A program made the translations under genes and the position numbers. A stretch of DNA of 64,000 bases, taken from IMG/VR virus record IMGVR_UViG_2061766007_000877, one strand, 5' to 3'. The first letter of the stretch is position 1, and every line of letters starts with the position of its first letter. The notes below the pieces were generated by a model that had not been told where the DNA came from, did no database searches, and was given only the letters and a program-made list of their open reading frames with translations. Shown here in pieces: positions 35,381 to 45,974 of this stretch. The DNA comes from an uncultured virus (IMG/VR IMGVR_UViG_2061766007_000877) (Duplodnaviria; Heunggongvirae; Uroviricota; Caudoviricetes).

Positions 35381-36404
35381 GTGTACTTTACAAATCACGG
35401 TCGTCAAGCGCCAGGTATAAGTGTGTCTTCGAATGTAGCATACCCATTATATTATGCAGATGGTACACAGATACCATATAGTAGCTTTGACAGCCTTGAG
35501 ATTGTTCGTTTCATAAATCAAATATATGGCTCTGACACTATTACAGAAACTGACTTTGGTGATCAAAGCTACTATAGGCAATTTAATAATATTGGCGGTT
35601 ACTTATACTTTATAAAGAATAGTGAAAACACATGGACATATATGATAGGAATGTCCGTTATGTGGCAGAGGTCATACAACCATTACTTCTATTTACAGTC
35701 AGATGGATCATCAAAAACGTATACAAGTAATGACTATTGGTTTATTTTACAAACAAAAGAATACCTTGACAGATTCGGTTTTACTGAAGGTGTAGATTAC
35801 ATTGACACATCATGGACAGGTAGTTATCATTATACATTATTACCATCAATGTATAGTAGGTCACAGCTTATAGCTGCATGGGATAATAACGGTAATAATA
35901 TTACATCAAATTTAAGATTATCAACTTCAAGGCATATTACAATAAATGATGTACAGACCAGCATACTAACAGTAGACTCTACAAATGCTACATCTGAAAT
36001 AATGGGCTACTTATTAAAAGTTGTGCCATATAACATTACTTACTATGATTTAGTAGTTGCATGTAAGTATGATAGCTCATATAGCGATAGAGTTAGACCA
36101 GTTAACTTTACAAATACAGATGGTGGTAATTGGTGGGCAGAGGTATTAACAGAATTAGATAAAAACATCNNNNNNNNNNNNNNNNNNNGATACCTCATGG
36201 GGATTTTATGGTGAGGTAGACTACAATCCTTCGTACACTTATGAAGTATTACAATTTTATTCAGACTTGGGTAACACTCCTGTAGATTTAGACGTGTCTA
36301 AATTTTATATAGCTGAAAGTTCTGATGTAGCTGCTATTTTCTGCTCTGAACAAGATGGTACTGTTGTGAAGTCTTATAAATTAAGAATTTACTTTTATAA
36401 CTAG
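35381..36404 (+). CDS. hypothetical Tyr-rich protein, in frame with the upstream gene (joined across gap)
   Basis: GTG start 3 nt after TAA; frame after the 36170-36188 gap is open to TAG 36402-36404. Confidence 0.5.
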
Positions 36405-36424
36405 CATTTGTAGTGGGTTACACG

Positions 36425-39400
36425 ATGGCTAATCAAGTATATGAAAAATGGTGGATGAATTTAACAGAAGATGACTGTGGTATATATTATAGAAGCACAT
36501 GGTATTCTACTGAACAAGATCTTAATTCGGGAGGCNNNNNNNNNNNNNNNNNNNNNNNNNNNAAACTATATTTAGGTGAAGTATGGTCAATGTTTAAGTA
36601 CCATGGAGATTGGTACAATATAGACAACAACTATTATACGTATAGTCAGGCACATACATACGGCTATTCTGTAAATAGATCTATAACGCTCCACTACATC
36701 AATAAGACAAAGCTTACTCATTGTATAGGCTACTATAATTCAATAGACGGGTATTTTGTNNNNNNNNNNNNNNNNNNNNNNNNNNNNNNNNATTGCAAGA
36801 TTTGCATAATGCAAATTATGAAGTAGGTACGTCTAATGTACTAATTTATAAAACAGACGAGCTTGTTAAATATTCAGCAATAGTAAATGAAGTAGATAAT
36901 GTGCCTCATTATTTTGTACCTGATTTGTTTATAACAGATTGGATTACAGAAGACCAGTTTTCATTATATAAATTATCATTTCTACCTAGCGTAGAAATGA
37001 ATTGGAATTTGGGTGCATCATTTTCAAATAATGTTGGTCATGGTGGTCATAGCCAATATTCATCGAACTTTTATCAGTGCGAGCGTGGTTTTACACAGGT
37101 AACTATAAACAACATGCACAATTTGTTTGGTAAGGTAGCCACAAGGGGTGAGTGGGNNNNNNNNNNNNNNNNNNNNNNNNAAAAGTGATCTTGCTGGATA
37201 TAAGCTATGGTTCGAAGGATATAATGGCTCATCTGCTGGCGGTAGTATAACCAATGTGGTTGCTAGTTTTTACACAAATAACACATCTTTAAATGTGTAT
37301 AGCACAGCTTATGGTCAGTTTTCACCTATTGCAGTTACTTATAATAAGTCTACAGAAGTAGTAAAGGTATACAATAATTCAAATTACGCATACAGCGCAT
37401 TTAAGATACTTCATAACAACGAGATATACTACTACGTATTAGACAATAACCATAATTATTGGACAACTTCACTTGAATCAATAGGTTATTCACTATCGTA
37501 CAACGACTCGCTTAGGATAATATACACTTATTACGGTGATGTTGTCAATATACCTATAGGTTATCATATTAACAGAATTGACTGTAATATTGCATATACG
37601 TTTCCAAAGTATGTCACTACTGAAGGTGATCAGATGATAGTGGCATATGACGGGAAAGATGTTTATACCAATGAATTGAACTACATGATGTTACAGCAGT
37701 CAAGTAGTAACAACTATCCTTATTTGTGTATACTACAAGGCACTGGTTGGCAATCATCATCACCGCACTTAACAGGTGTTAGATTTTCATCAGATGGTAA
37801 TGACAATAATTCAAACGTAGCCATTTCAGAGGCATTATTTAACGGAAGTGACGCTTCCGCTGGTGACTATTTCATTTATATTAAAGGTACAGATTATAGT
37901 TCATACGCATTATCATCTCGTCCTGCACGCCTTTTCATGTATCCTACATATCAAAGCAAAGCCTCAGTAGATCCTTACATGTTTAAAGCACCTCAGTCAA
38001 TTTGGTCGTTTACAAATGGTGTATTTTCATGGTTAGGTGATACTACAGATTCACATGATTTGGCATATTACTATTACAATGATTGGAAAGAATCAACAGG
38101 TGGCAACGTAAGATTTAACATACATATAGAGCCTAATACAGACGCTGATATGATTAGAAATATAGTTATATACGATATTGTAAATGGCTCAACAAAGACA
38201 GTAGAGTATTGGCCACATAATGGCTATCTTTATAATTCAGTATATTATACAGAACAGCAGTTGTTATTATTAGGCTATTCACTTACAGACATACATAATG
38301 ACTATGAATGGGAATCTGTTACATCATTAAAATTATCAACTGAGCAAACACTTACAATATACTATAACAGTAACATAGGTTATGTTGTTAAAGATGTTGG
38401 TACATTTACCAGTGAAATAGCATTAAATAATGCTGGCTATATTATAAACCCAGTATATGATATATCACAAGTAAGACTTTACTTTGATGGTAATAACTTA
38501 AACGCAGATACTTATAAGACAAGACTATCTACAAATTGGGCTACTATAAATGATACACAGTATGTAAGACGGTTATATTTAGACAGCGAATTAACAGAGC
38601 CAGCTGTCTATGAATCAGGCAAGCTGTATTATTACAACGATTCACTATCATCAATGGATGCACCTGGGTATCATATAAATAATATTGCAAGATTCCCTGA
38701 CTATACAGTTACTGATAATAATCAAAAGACATCGCTTGTAAACATAATATCAGAGCATGGTACACCTAATATGCCACTTGTTACTAGTGACGAAGGTGGC
38801 GGTTTATGGATATACGGTTGCAATAACAAAGAAGGTACTAATACAGTTATAATACCAACATTTTATGCAGATTGTTATCGTACNNNNNNNNNNNNNNNNN
38901 TTATTTAGAAAATGAATATACTCTTAACTACATTACAACAGTTAATCATTCAAGATATTATCGCTCGCCTATTGGCGGCTTCTTTACAGAGCAGGAACTA
39001 CTAAGTAAAGGCTACACAAGAACACCGTCAAGCACAGTACTTTGTTCAGACACTAATGTAGAACTTAATATTGATGACATATATAACGCTATGTATAATA
39101 CCCAACATGGGTATTATATAAATAGTCACTGGTATGCAACTGTGCAAGCATTAAATAATGCTGGTTATTATTTAGTTGAAAAGTCAGAATTGAAAACTAT
39201 TTATTGTAAAACATCTCCAGGAGGTGGATGGTATTACAATAATAGTATAACAAGCAAGTCCACTTCTTTTAATACATCATACAAGAAGGCTGTATATACA
39301 GATTCATCATATACACAACTATGGCAATGGGACGGTCATAAATGGTTGGTTGACATTGAAGCCACAGGGCAGAGCGAGAGTTGGCTTAAATCAAGATTAA

Positions 39401-39609
39401 AAGATATGCCATCTTCAACTACAAGCGGTACAAATTGGACAATGCTAATTATGCCTATTACATCACAAGGCAACCCGCTGTCACAGTATAGATCAGCAGA
39501 AATAGGTGATCAGATGTATTTCTATATTGCAACAAACTATTATACATCATTGAGCACATCTGGCGATTACTGCACAGTTTCAAAAGTGTTTTATTGGAAA
39601 CTTATTTAG
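36425..39609 (+). CDS. large Tyr/Asn-rich putative receptor-binding protein (~1060 aa, joined across gaps)
   Basis: frame changes coincide with N gaps; repeated (W/Y)xT...LxxxGY motif. Confidence 0.55.
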
Positions 39610-39616
39610 GTATAGC

Positions 39617-40202
39617 ATATGAAAGTACAAAGATATTCTTATCGTATACCTGATTACTATGGTGATAATGATTGGCATATAGACAACATTGACAATGATA
39701 GTATATTTTCTTTAACGAATCCGCTTACAAGCGGATTCGTTAGGTTGAGCGGTCAGTGGATTAGGATGAGTACCTCATCCTATGACCAGTCAGTTATTTC
39801 TGAGGCAGGCGCTGGTTACTTTGTTGTTAAAAGTAATAGCAACTATCATGTTTCAAGTGGCGTTAGTTACATGTACATTGACATCACATCAAATGATACA
39901 TTGACATTCAAAGCAATGGCTAGATCGGAAATAAACTATGACTATGTAGTAGTTCAACTAGACGGCAGCACAATTTTTAATGGCAAAGGTGTGTCAAGCT
40001 TCTCTTCATTTACAGTATCAAACGCTGCTGGTAAGACACTTACAATATATTACCGTAAAGACAGCTCTGCTGATAATGATCAGGATCGTGGATATCTTGC
40101 AATACCTAACAGCTTTACACAAATAGAGGATTAGCATAATATATGAAAGTACCAAGATATTCTTATCGTATACCTGATTACTATGGTGATAATGATTGGC
40201 AT
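39617..40202 (+). repeat. 62-nt direct repeat (39617-39678 and 40141-40202), 1 mismatch
   Basis: atatgaaagtac(a/c)aagatattcttatcgtatacctgattactatggtgataatgattggcat occurs twice. Confidence 0.95.
39619..40134 (+). CDS. constant-leader protein 1 with a beta-sandwich (CUB/jelly-roll-like) domain
   Basis: MKVQRYSYRIPDYYGDNDWH leader; SEINYD..LTIYYRKDSS motif. Confidence 0.6.
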   Translation: MKVQRYSYRIPDYYGDNDWHIDNIDNDSIFSLTNPLTSGFVRLSGQWIRMSTSSYDQSVISEAGAGYFVVKSNSNYHVSSGVSYMYIDITSNDTLTFKAMARSEINYDYVVVQLDGSTIFNGKGVSSFSSFTVSNAAGKTLTIYYRKDSSADNDQDRGYLAIPNSFTQIED

Positions 40203-40811
40203 GTTTCATGCTATGAAAGTCAAGATTTAAGTACTATTGACCCAATGAAGATTGCTGTAAAAGGCACGTCATATACATTGCCGCGTTGGTTTGGCTCTGT
40301 TGTAAAATTAAAATCAGAATGGTTGTGGCGTCATAGTTTTTCAAGTATATCACAGAGTTATGCTTATCCATATACTGATGAAGGTGGCACATCAATATAT
40401 ACCTATTTATATTATACTAGACACTACAATGGATCAACCGGTTCAAATGGAAGTACAGCAGTAACTAGTTTAGGTGTTGGTGTAACAAGTACAAGCTATT
40501 ATTATGCAGCTGGTGGTTCAGTTATTGATAAGATTTACATTGTAGACAGCTCATTAAATAGACTGTCATGTTCACACATAAGATTTGGAGGATATCAGTC
40601 GTGGTATCCTGCAAACATAGGAGGGTATCCTTCATATCCAAGTACAGCTTCAAATAGAGGTATTATAGTAAAGTTTAAAGCGGTATATGAAGCCGATTTG
40701 CCGTCTGACATGTATAGTGTTGCTGACGGTATAATAACATGGAACACTTCACATCCTATTTACCGTTTGTTATATGGGCTTGAGGTTACATGTGTAAAAC
40801 TAGAACAGTAG
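40143..40811 (+). CDS. constant-leader protein 2
   Basis: MKVPRYSYRIPDYYGDNDWH leader, body unrelated to protein 1. Confidence 0.6.
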   Translation: MKVPRYSYRIPDYYGDNDWHVSCYESQDLSTIDPMKIAVKGTSYTLPRWFGSVVKLKSEWLWRHSFSSISQSYAYPYTDEGGTSIYTYLYYTRHYNGSTGSNGSTAVTSLGVGVTSTSYYYAAGGSVIDKIYIVDSSLNRLSCSHIRFGGYQSWYPANIGGYPSYPSTASNRGIIVKFKAVYEADLPSDMYSVADGIITWNTSHPIYRLLYGLEVTCVKLEQ

Positions 40812-40864
40812 TATCTATATAATAGCAAAGACTTTAACAATCCTGCTTATAAGGATATAACACT

Positions 40865-42406
40865 ATGGCTGAAGAATATAAAGGTTTTAGAATATTTAAT
40901 ACGATGTTTCAGCATTTATGGACAAACTCGCAAGGTGTTCAAATACAATATGAGGATGATACTTATGGTGAACCAGAAGCAGCTGTTGATGCAACAAAGA
41001 TACCAACTGGTGAGTTATATATAAATAACGAGTTTGCTGGTTTTTATCCTAACAGTAAATATGGTGTAAAAGCAATGCTTGAGAGAGCATGTGCGTGCTT
41101 AGTAAAAAACGATGGCGCAAATGGAAATGGTTGCGGGTGGGAACTAGATCAAGATCTGTACACACGGTTAAACGCACTTGATGGCACAGATAACGCATAT
41201 CACCCGTATAAGGAAAAGAACCCTTTATTATGGACTTCTAATGGTCAACAAACATATACTGACTCAGACGGCAAATTACATAAAGCATCTAAGTCTGTAG
41301 CGTTAGTGCCGTGCAGTTATGTGTATGCAATGTTTTTTAAGAACATTGTAACTGGTTATAAGCTTATGGTCGCACTTAATTATGTAGGAATGCATTCATA
41401 TTATAGTTCTTACACATCGTCAGGTGGGTTTAACGACGCAGGATGGCTATATAATCATGTTCATAGTGGTATGGGTTTAATTTTATCTGGTCATGAGTCA
41501 GAGTATTGTAGAATAGGTGGTTTTATGATGTCAATGATTCCTCCTGCAAATCCAGGAGGAGTTCAAGACGACTGGCACCCTGAGTTCTCTATAAGAAGTG
41601 ATAATTTTTACCCTCCAACAATGTTCCCTATTGTATGTCAGTACGCATCAAACGCATATTATAACGCGTACTATGGTAACGGCAGCACATCATATCCAAA
41701 TTATCCGTATGCAGCATATGGTAGTGCATCTTTAGTAAGAACTGGCACAACAGAAAGTCCAAATGGTAGCTCAGTTAATTATAGTGATAAGGGGTGTGTC
41801 GTTGGAACAAATTCAAAGATTTCTATACTTCTTGATACAAAGGGTAACATTGGCATAAGTTCTTATCATAAGTATACATACACGTCAAATCCAATTTTAT
41901 TTTTAGGGCCGTTCTTTAAGAAGAAGCTATATGACTATGACGAGCATCCACAGCGTTACTTATGTAGCTTTGGCTATGACTGTGCTAGAAATACAGATTA
42001 TAGAACTGACAGCCCTAGTAGTTCACAATATCTTTATAGTGGTTGGAGTGTATGTGCGTGGAACTCAACTTCTATAGGCAACAGTTATATGTTAGAAACT
42101 AATATATCAACTGGAGACCCAGCGTCAGATCAGATATATGCAGCCTATCCCGCTGTTGATGATACAGTACACACAAATTACCGTTATTCAAAAGCATGTT
42201 ACACACCAATCGGGTTGATTGATGAAGATGTCATTAGATGCTCAAGAACAAATGGTCTTATAAGAGGTCAGACATTTAATAATGGGGAATGGTGTTACAT
42301 TTACGGTGTAGGTGTTCAGACAGGTACAACAGCATCTTCATACCTGTATATGTCAATAAGATGGGATAAAGATAGGAATGGTACAAAAACCTTTATTGGC
42401 TACTAA
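40865..42406 (+). CDS. putative virion protein (family C C-terminal motif)
   Basis: AAGGA RBS; 513 aa; GQTFNNGEWCYIYG..IRWD. Confidence 0.6.
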   Translation: MAEEYKGFRIFNTMFQHLWTNSQGVQIQYEDDTYGEPEAAVDATKIPTGELYINNEFAGFYPNSKYGVKAMLERACACLVKNDGANGNGCGWELDQDLYTRLNALDGTDNAYHPYKEKNPLLWTSNGQQTYTDSDGKLHKASKSVALVPCSYVYAMFFKNIVTGYKLMVALNYVGMHSYYSSYTSSGGFNDAGWLYNHVHSGMGLILSGHESEYCRIGGFMMSMIPPANPGGVQDDWHPEFSIRSDNFYPPTMFPIVCQYASNAYYNAYYGNGSTSYPNYPYAAYGSASLVRTGTTESPNGSSVNYSDKGCVVGTNSKISILLDTKGNIGISSYHKYTYTSNPILFLGPFFKKKLYDYDEHPQRYLCSFGYDCARNTDYRTDSPSSSQYLYSGWSVCAWNSTSIGNSYMLETNISTGDPASDQIYAAYPAVDDTVHTNYRYSKACYTPIGLIDEDVIRCSRTNGLIRGQTFNNGEWCYIYGVGVQTGTTASSYLYMSIRWDKDRNGTKTFIGY

Positions 42407-42561
42407 TATCAAATAAAACGGATACCCAAAGTTCTCATTTCAAATCATATAAAGCAAGTACAACATTATATCTACTACATGTGGTAGATTTGTATTTGCT
42501 TATCTTTGTTACAAATTTTCTACTATTTGTTTAATCACTCTTGATTAAAAGGAAGGATATT

Positions 42562-43215
42562 ATGCTCAAAATTGATTGCCTTGATTTAGCCGACAATGAT
42601 TTTAATGTTGTTGAACTTGGCCACCTTGAAGGTGATGCTGTTGTTAAAGTAAGTGGTACACCAGTTGCTGCTGGTAAATTCCGTATGGCAAATGGCGGTA
42701 TGTGCACTATGTGTGCTATCGACGCTGCTGGTCGGTCATTAGACAATAGTGATGAACCAAAAGCCATTGAACTAAATAAACCTGAAGATTTAACTGTTGC
42801 ATTAAGTGGTACTTTAAAACGCAGCTTCCCTGTTCCTGCAGGTGTTACATCAGTTGATACTCGCTGCAAAGCTGCAACAGCTGTTCGTTTTGCCGGTCAG
42901 AGCCTTGGCGCACCCGATGCAAACGGCAAAGTTACTTTACCAGCCGCTGTTGACAAAGATCGCGAAGTTGAGTTAGAGATTGATGTTGCTGTTGCTACAG
43001 GTGCAGCTCATGACAGCAATGCAAATCACAAACTAGAAATTGTTCCTGACAACAAAGAAGGCCTCCTCCACTTTGCAATACTTTGCAATGTTGGTAAAGC
43101 TACTGACCACAAACCTAACAAGACACACTTCGAAGTTCGTGGTGCAAGACCTTGGAAGGTTATGGGCAAGGATCAACCTGTTGAGTTCAAACACCCAGCA
43201 GCCGCTGCTGAATAA
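42562..43215 (+). CDS. abundant head protein, probably capsid decoration
   Basis: capsid-like codon bias, Ala/Val/Gly beta-rich, own candidate promoter and terminator, just upstream of protease and MCP. Confidence 0.5.
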   Translation: MLKIDCLDLADNDFNVVELGHLEGDAVVKVSGTPVAAGKFRMANGGMCTMCAIDAAGRSLDNSDEPKAIELNKPEDLTVALSGTLKRSFPVPAGVTSVDTRCKAATAVRFAGQSLGAPDANGKVTLPAAVDKDREVELEIDVAVATGAAHDSNANHKLEIVPDNKEGLLHFAILCNVGKATDHKPNKTHFEVRGARPWKVMGKDQPVEFKHPAAAAE

Positions 43216-43241
43216 TTTATCACTGCTCTAAAGCAGATGCA

Positions 43242-43274
43242 AGCGCATATAGAAATTCTATATGCGCTATTTTT
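43242..43274 (+). terminator. intrinsic terminator
   Basis: AGCGCATATAGAA..TTCTATATGCGCT plus T tract. Confidence 0.8.
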
Positions 43275-43395
43275 ATCTTTGAATTTTGGTAAGTACCATT
43301 GTTGCAAATATATCAAATTAAAGTAATGGTTAGAAATCTTTTTATTAAAATATCTAATTCAAATTAGAGTGCCTTATATTACACAGGAGGCTAAC

Positions 43396-44415
43396 ATGAA
43401 GGTATATACTGAATCTATTATATCTGAAATGAAGCCTGTAAAACCTAGCAACGATTCAAGTGCTCTATGTTTTCTTGAAGGACCTTGCATGCAGTTCGGA
43501 AAGGTCAATAGAAATAATCGTATCTATTCAAGAAAACTTGTAGAAGATCGCATATTAAAAAATCCTACAGTGCAGGAAACAATAAAGAATCGTGCAATGC
43601 TTGGCGAAGGTGGTCACCCTGAGAACCGTGTAGATATTAGTTACCCTGAAGTTGCATTAGCCGTTGAAAAACTTTGGATTCCTGAAGGTGATGGCGATAT
43701 GTTATGGGGTAGATTTGCAATTCTCGACACACCTACAGGTCGTATTCTTAACACACTTGTTAAGTATGGTACAAAGCTTGGGATCTCTGCTCGTGCAGTT
43801 GCCGATTCAGTTCAGCGAGATGGCCACGAGGTTATATTAGAGAATTCTTACGAGCTAATTACATTTGATGCAGTTCCTGAGCCAGGGTTCAAATGTGCAA
43901 GACTTGAACAGGTTGACTCAGTATCAAAATCAGTAGACAAGATGTCAACAAAAGAGTTGAAAGAATCCGCTGCCGCACTACGTTCTTTCAAAAATCCAGT
44001 ATTTGAATCCCGTATTCGTATGCTTGATAAAGAAATTTGTAAACGTGAGAACAAAGCCGATATTCATGCTATTCTTGAATCAGTAAATCGTCTTGCAGAT
44101 GCTGTAGACAAATCCGCCAACAAATTACGGAATATCAAATACGAAAAGCAACTAACTTCTCTTATAAAAGAAGCAAAGGGCATTATTAGTGATGTTAAAC
44201 AGACAAAGTCAGTTATGAATGAGTCTAAACAAAGAACAAGCACTAATAAAAAAGAGTCAATATCTAATATATGTAATGAGGATATGAGTATTACAAAGTT
44301 TAATACTGAAACTCATCTAAATGAAAGTATCAATGTGTCAAAACTATTCAATAGTGATAATACATCTGCCTTAGAAAGAATGTGTTCAAAATTTAGGAGG
44401 AACTCTTATGAATAA
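43396..44415 (+). CDS. prohead protease, T4 gp21-like, with C-terminal helical extension
   Basis: NRNNRIY, GEGGHP, TPTGRIL, GISAR, FDAVPEPG; AGGAGG RBS. Confidence 0.9.
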   Translation: MKVYTESIISEMKPVKPSNDSSALCFLEGPCMQFGKVNRNNRIYSRKLVEDRILKNPTVQETIKNRAMLGEGGHPENRVDISYPEVALAVEKLWIPEGDGDMLWGRFAILDTPTGRILNTLVKYGTKLGISARAVADSVQRDGHEVILENSYELITFDAVPEPGFKCARLEQVDSVSKSVDKMSTKELKESAAALRSFKNPVFESRIRMLDKEICKRENKADIHAILESVNRLADAVDKSANKLRNIKYEKQLTSLIKEAKGIISDVKQTKSVMNESKQRTSTNKKESISNICNEDMSITKFNTETHLNESINVSKLFNSDNTSALERMCSKFRRNSYE

Positions 44416-45889
44416 TGTTGTTTTAGAAGCCTGGAAACAGAAGGTCGACGTTGTATCTGATATCCGCGGTGGTATGAGTGACGATGCTCGTGAGACACTT
44501 GCTAAAGTTCTTAACAATACAAACAATGCTCTTAACGATTTACGTGCTCTCCGTGGTATTAAAAATGAAAGCGTTTGCCGTGACGTTCCATCCTCACAGT
44601 ACAGTGGAATTGATTGGTTCCCTGAGCACTCCATTGACATGGTTAGTGCAATTTACGCAAGCCAGATTATTGATGATATTGTTTCCGTTCAGTCAATCGA
44701 CAGCCCAATTGGTGTAATCCGTTTCCTCCAGTATGTTTACGGTGAAACCCGTGGTCGTGCCGTTCGTAATGATGTTGCCATCGACGAATGGGGTGCAATG
44801 AGAGGTGTTGATGCCGGTAAACATGTTGCATGTGAACGCATCGTTGATGAACAAACTCGTGCAGCCGCTAATGGCACTGTTGATTGCTATCTACAGCGTC
44901 TTCCTGTTAAGGTTGAGAATGATAACCGTTTCTGTGATGAAGCCTACATTGATTTAGTTCGTCAGGGTGACAATCAGGCATATCGTGCTCGTAAAATCTC
45001 CGATGATTCTTGGAAGGTAATGCCTCTTGATTCAACCGGTCGTGAAGGTAATGCTGTTCAGAACATCGTGTTCTCATGCGATCCTGAATCTGGTCACTTA
45101 ATCCTTACAGATAATAATACTCCAAACAAAGTTGTTGTAACTGATGAGGCTACATTTGCTGTTACATATTTCCAGGATCTTGCATATTGCCCAACCGATT
45201 CAATGAATCTCGAACTTCGCCTTAAGACAGAAATGATTAAGGCCGTTCCTCACAAGATCCGTGCTAACTTCTCATTCGATGCTTCCTATGCCCTTTCAAA
45301 AGTTCATGGCATCAACATTGAGGAATCACTCGTTAACGCTTGCACAGCTGAAATTCGTCAGGAACGTGATAACGAAGTTATCAACATCCTCCGTAAACAA
45401 GCTGCTCTAACATCAACTTGGGACCGTACAATTACATCCTACATTTCACAGGCAGAACATGATCAGAGCTTCCTCGCTGAACTCTTTGCATGTGCTTCCC
45501 GTATCAATTATGAGACCAAACGTGGTTTTGGTAACTGGGTTGTTGTTGGTCGTCAGGGTCTCAATATTATTAAATCTGCTAACGGCCGTTTCAAAGCTGC
45601 TGGTGGTTCACTTCCTAACAATGGTGCATTTGTTGTTGGTACAATTGATGATGGTGACCTCAAGGTTATCTACTCACCATACTTCCCAGAAGATGAATAC
45701 CTCGTTGGTTACAAGGGTGCCGATAACAATGACGCTGGTTTCATTGTTGCTGACTTCCTCCCAATTACAAAGACCGATCTCGTAATGCTTGATGATTTCG
45801 TTGGTCGTCAGGGTCTCGTTAGTTACTATGGAACAAAGATGATCAATCCAAAAATGTATGTTTCTGGTAAGATCCTCCACAGCAAATAA
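44408..45889 (+). CDS. major capsid protein, T4 gp23-like
   Basis: IVSVQSIDSPIGVI, HKIRANFS, HGINIE, EIRQERDNEVI, GNWVVV, LVGYKG; strong highly-expressed codon bias. Confidence 0.92.
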   Translation: MNNVVLEAWKQKVDVVSDIRGGMSDDARETLAKVLNNTNNALNDLRALRGIKNESVCRDVPSSQYSGIDWFPEHSIDMVSAIYASQIIDDIVSVQSIDSPIGVIRFLQYVYGETRGRAVRNDVAIDEWGAMRGVDAGKHVACERIVDEQTRAAANGTVDCYLQRLPVKVENDNRFCDEAYIDLVRQGDNQAYRARKISDDSWKVMPLDSTGREGNAVQNIVFSCDPESGHLILTDNNTPNKVVVTDEATFAVTYFQDLAYCPTDSMNLELRLKTEMIKAVPHKIRANFSFDASYALSKVHGINIEESLVNACTAEIRQERDNEVINILRKQAALTSTWDRTITSYISQAEHDQSFLAELFACASRINYETKRGFGNWVVVGRQGLNIIKSANGRFKAAGGSLPNNGAFVVGTIDDGDLKVIYSPYFPEDEYLVGYKGADNNDAGFIVADFLPITKTDLVMLDDFVGRQGLVSYYGTKMINPKMYVSGKILHSK

Positions 45890-45923
45890 TCAATTCCGCT
45901 CACATTAGTGAGTAAATAAAATC

Positions 45924-45956
45924 ATACCCTCTAGTTTATTACTAGAGGGTATTTTT
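45924..45956 (+). terminator. intrinsic terminator
   Basis: ATACCCTCTAGT..ACTAGAGGGTAT plus T tract. Confidence 0.85.
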
Positions 45957-45974
45957 GTATAATGAGGTTGCATT

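Noticed and set aside
39617..40202. CRISPR array or invertase shufflon
   Set aside because: Only two direct, coding copies; no spacers, no inverted orientation and no site-specific recombinase seen
10940..42406. Diversity-generating retroelement acting on fibre genes
   Set aside because: No reverse transcriptase in the window and no template/variable repeat pair with adenine-specific mismatches seen; the 62-nt repeat is at 5' ends with one mismatch
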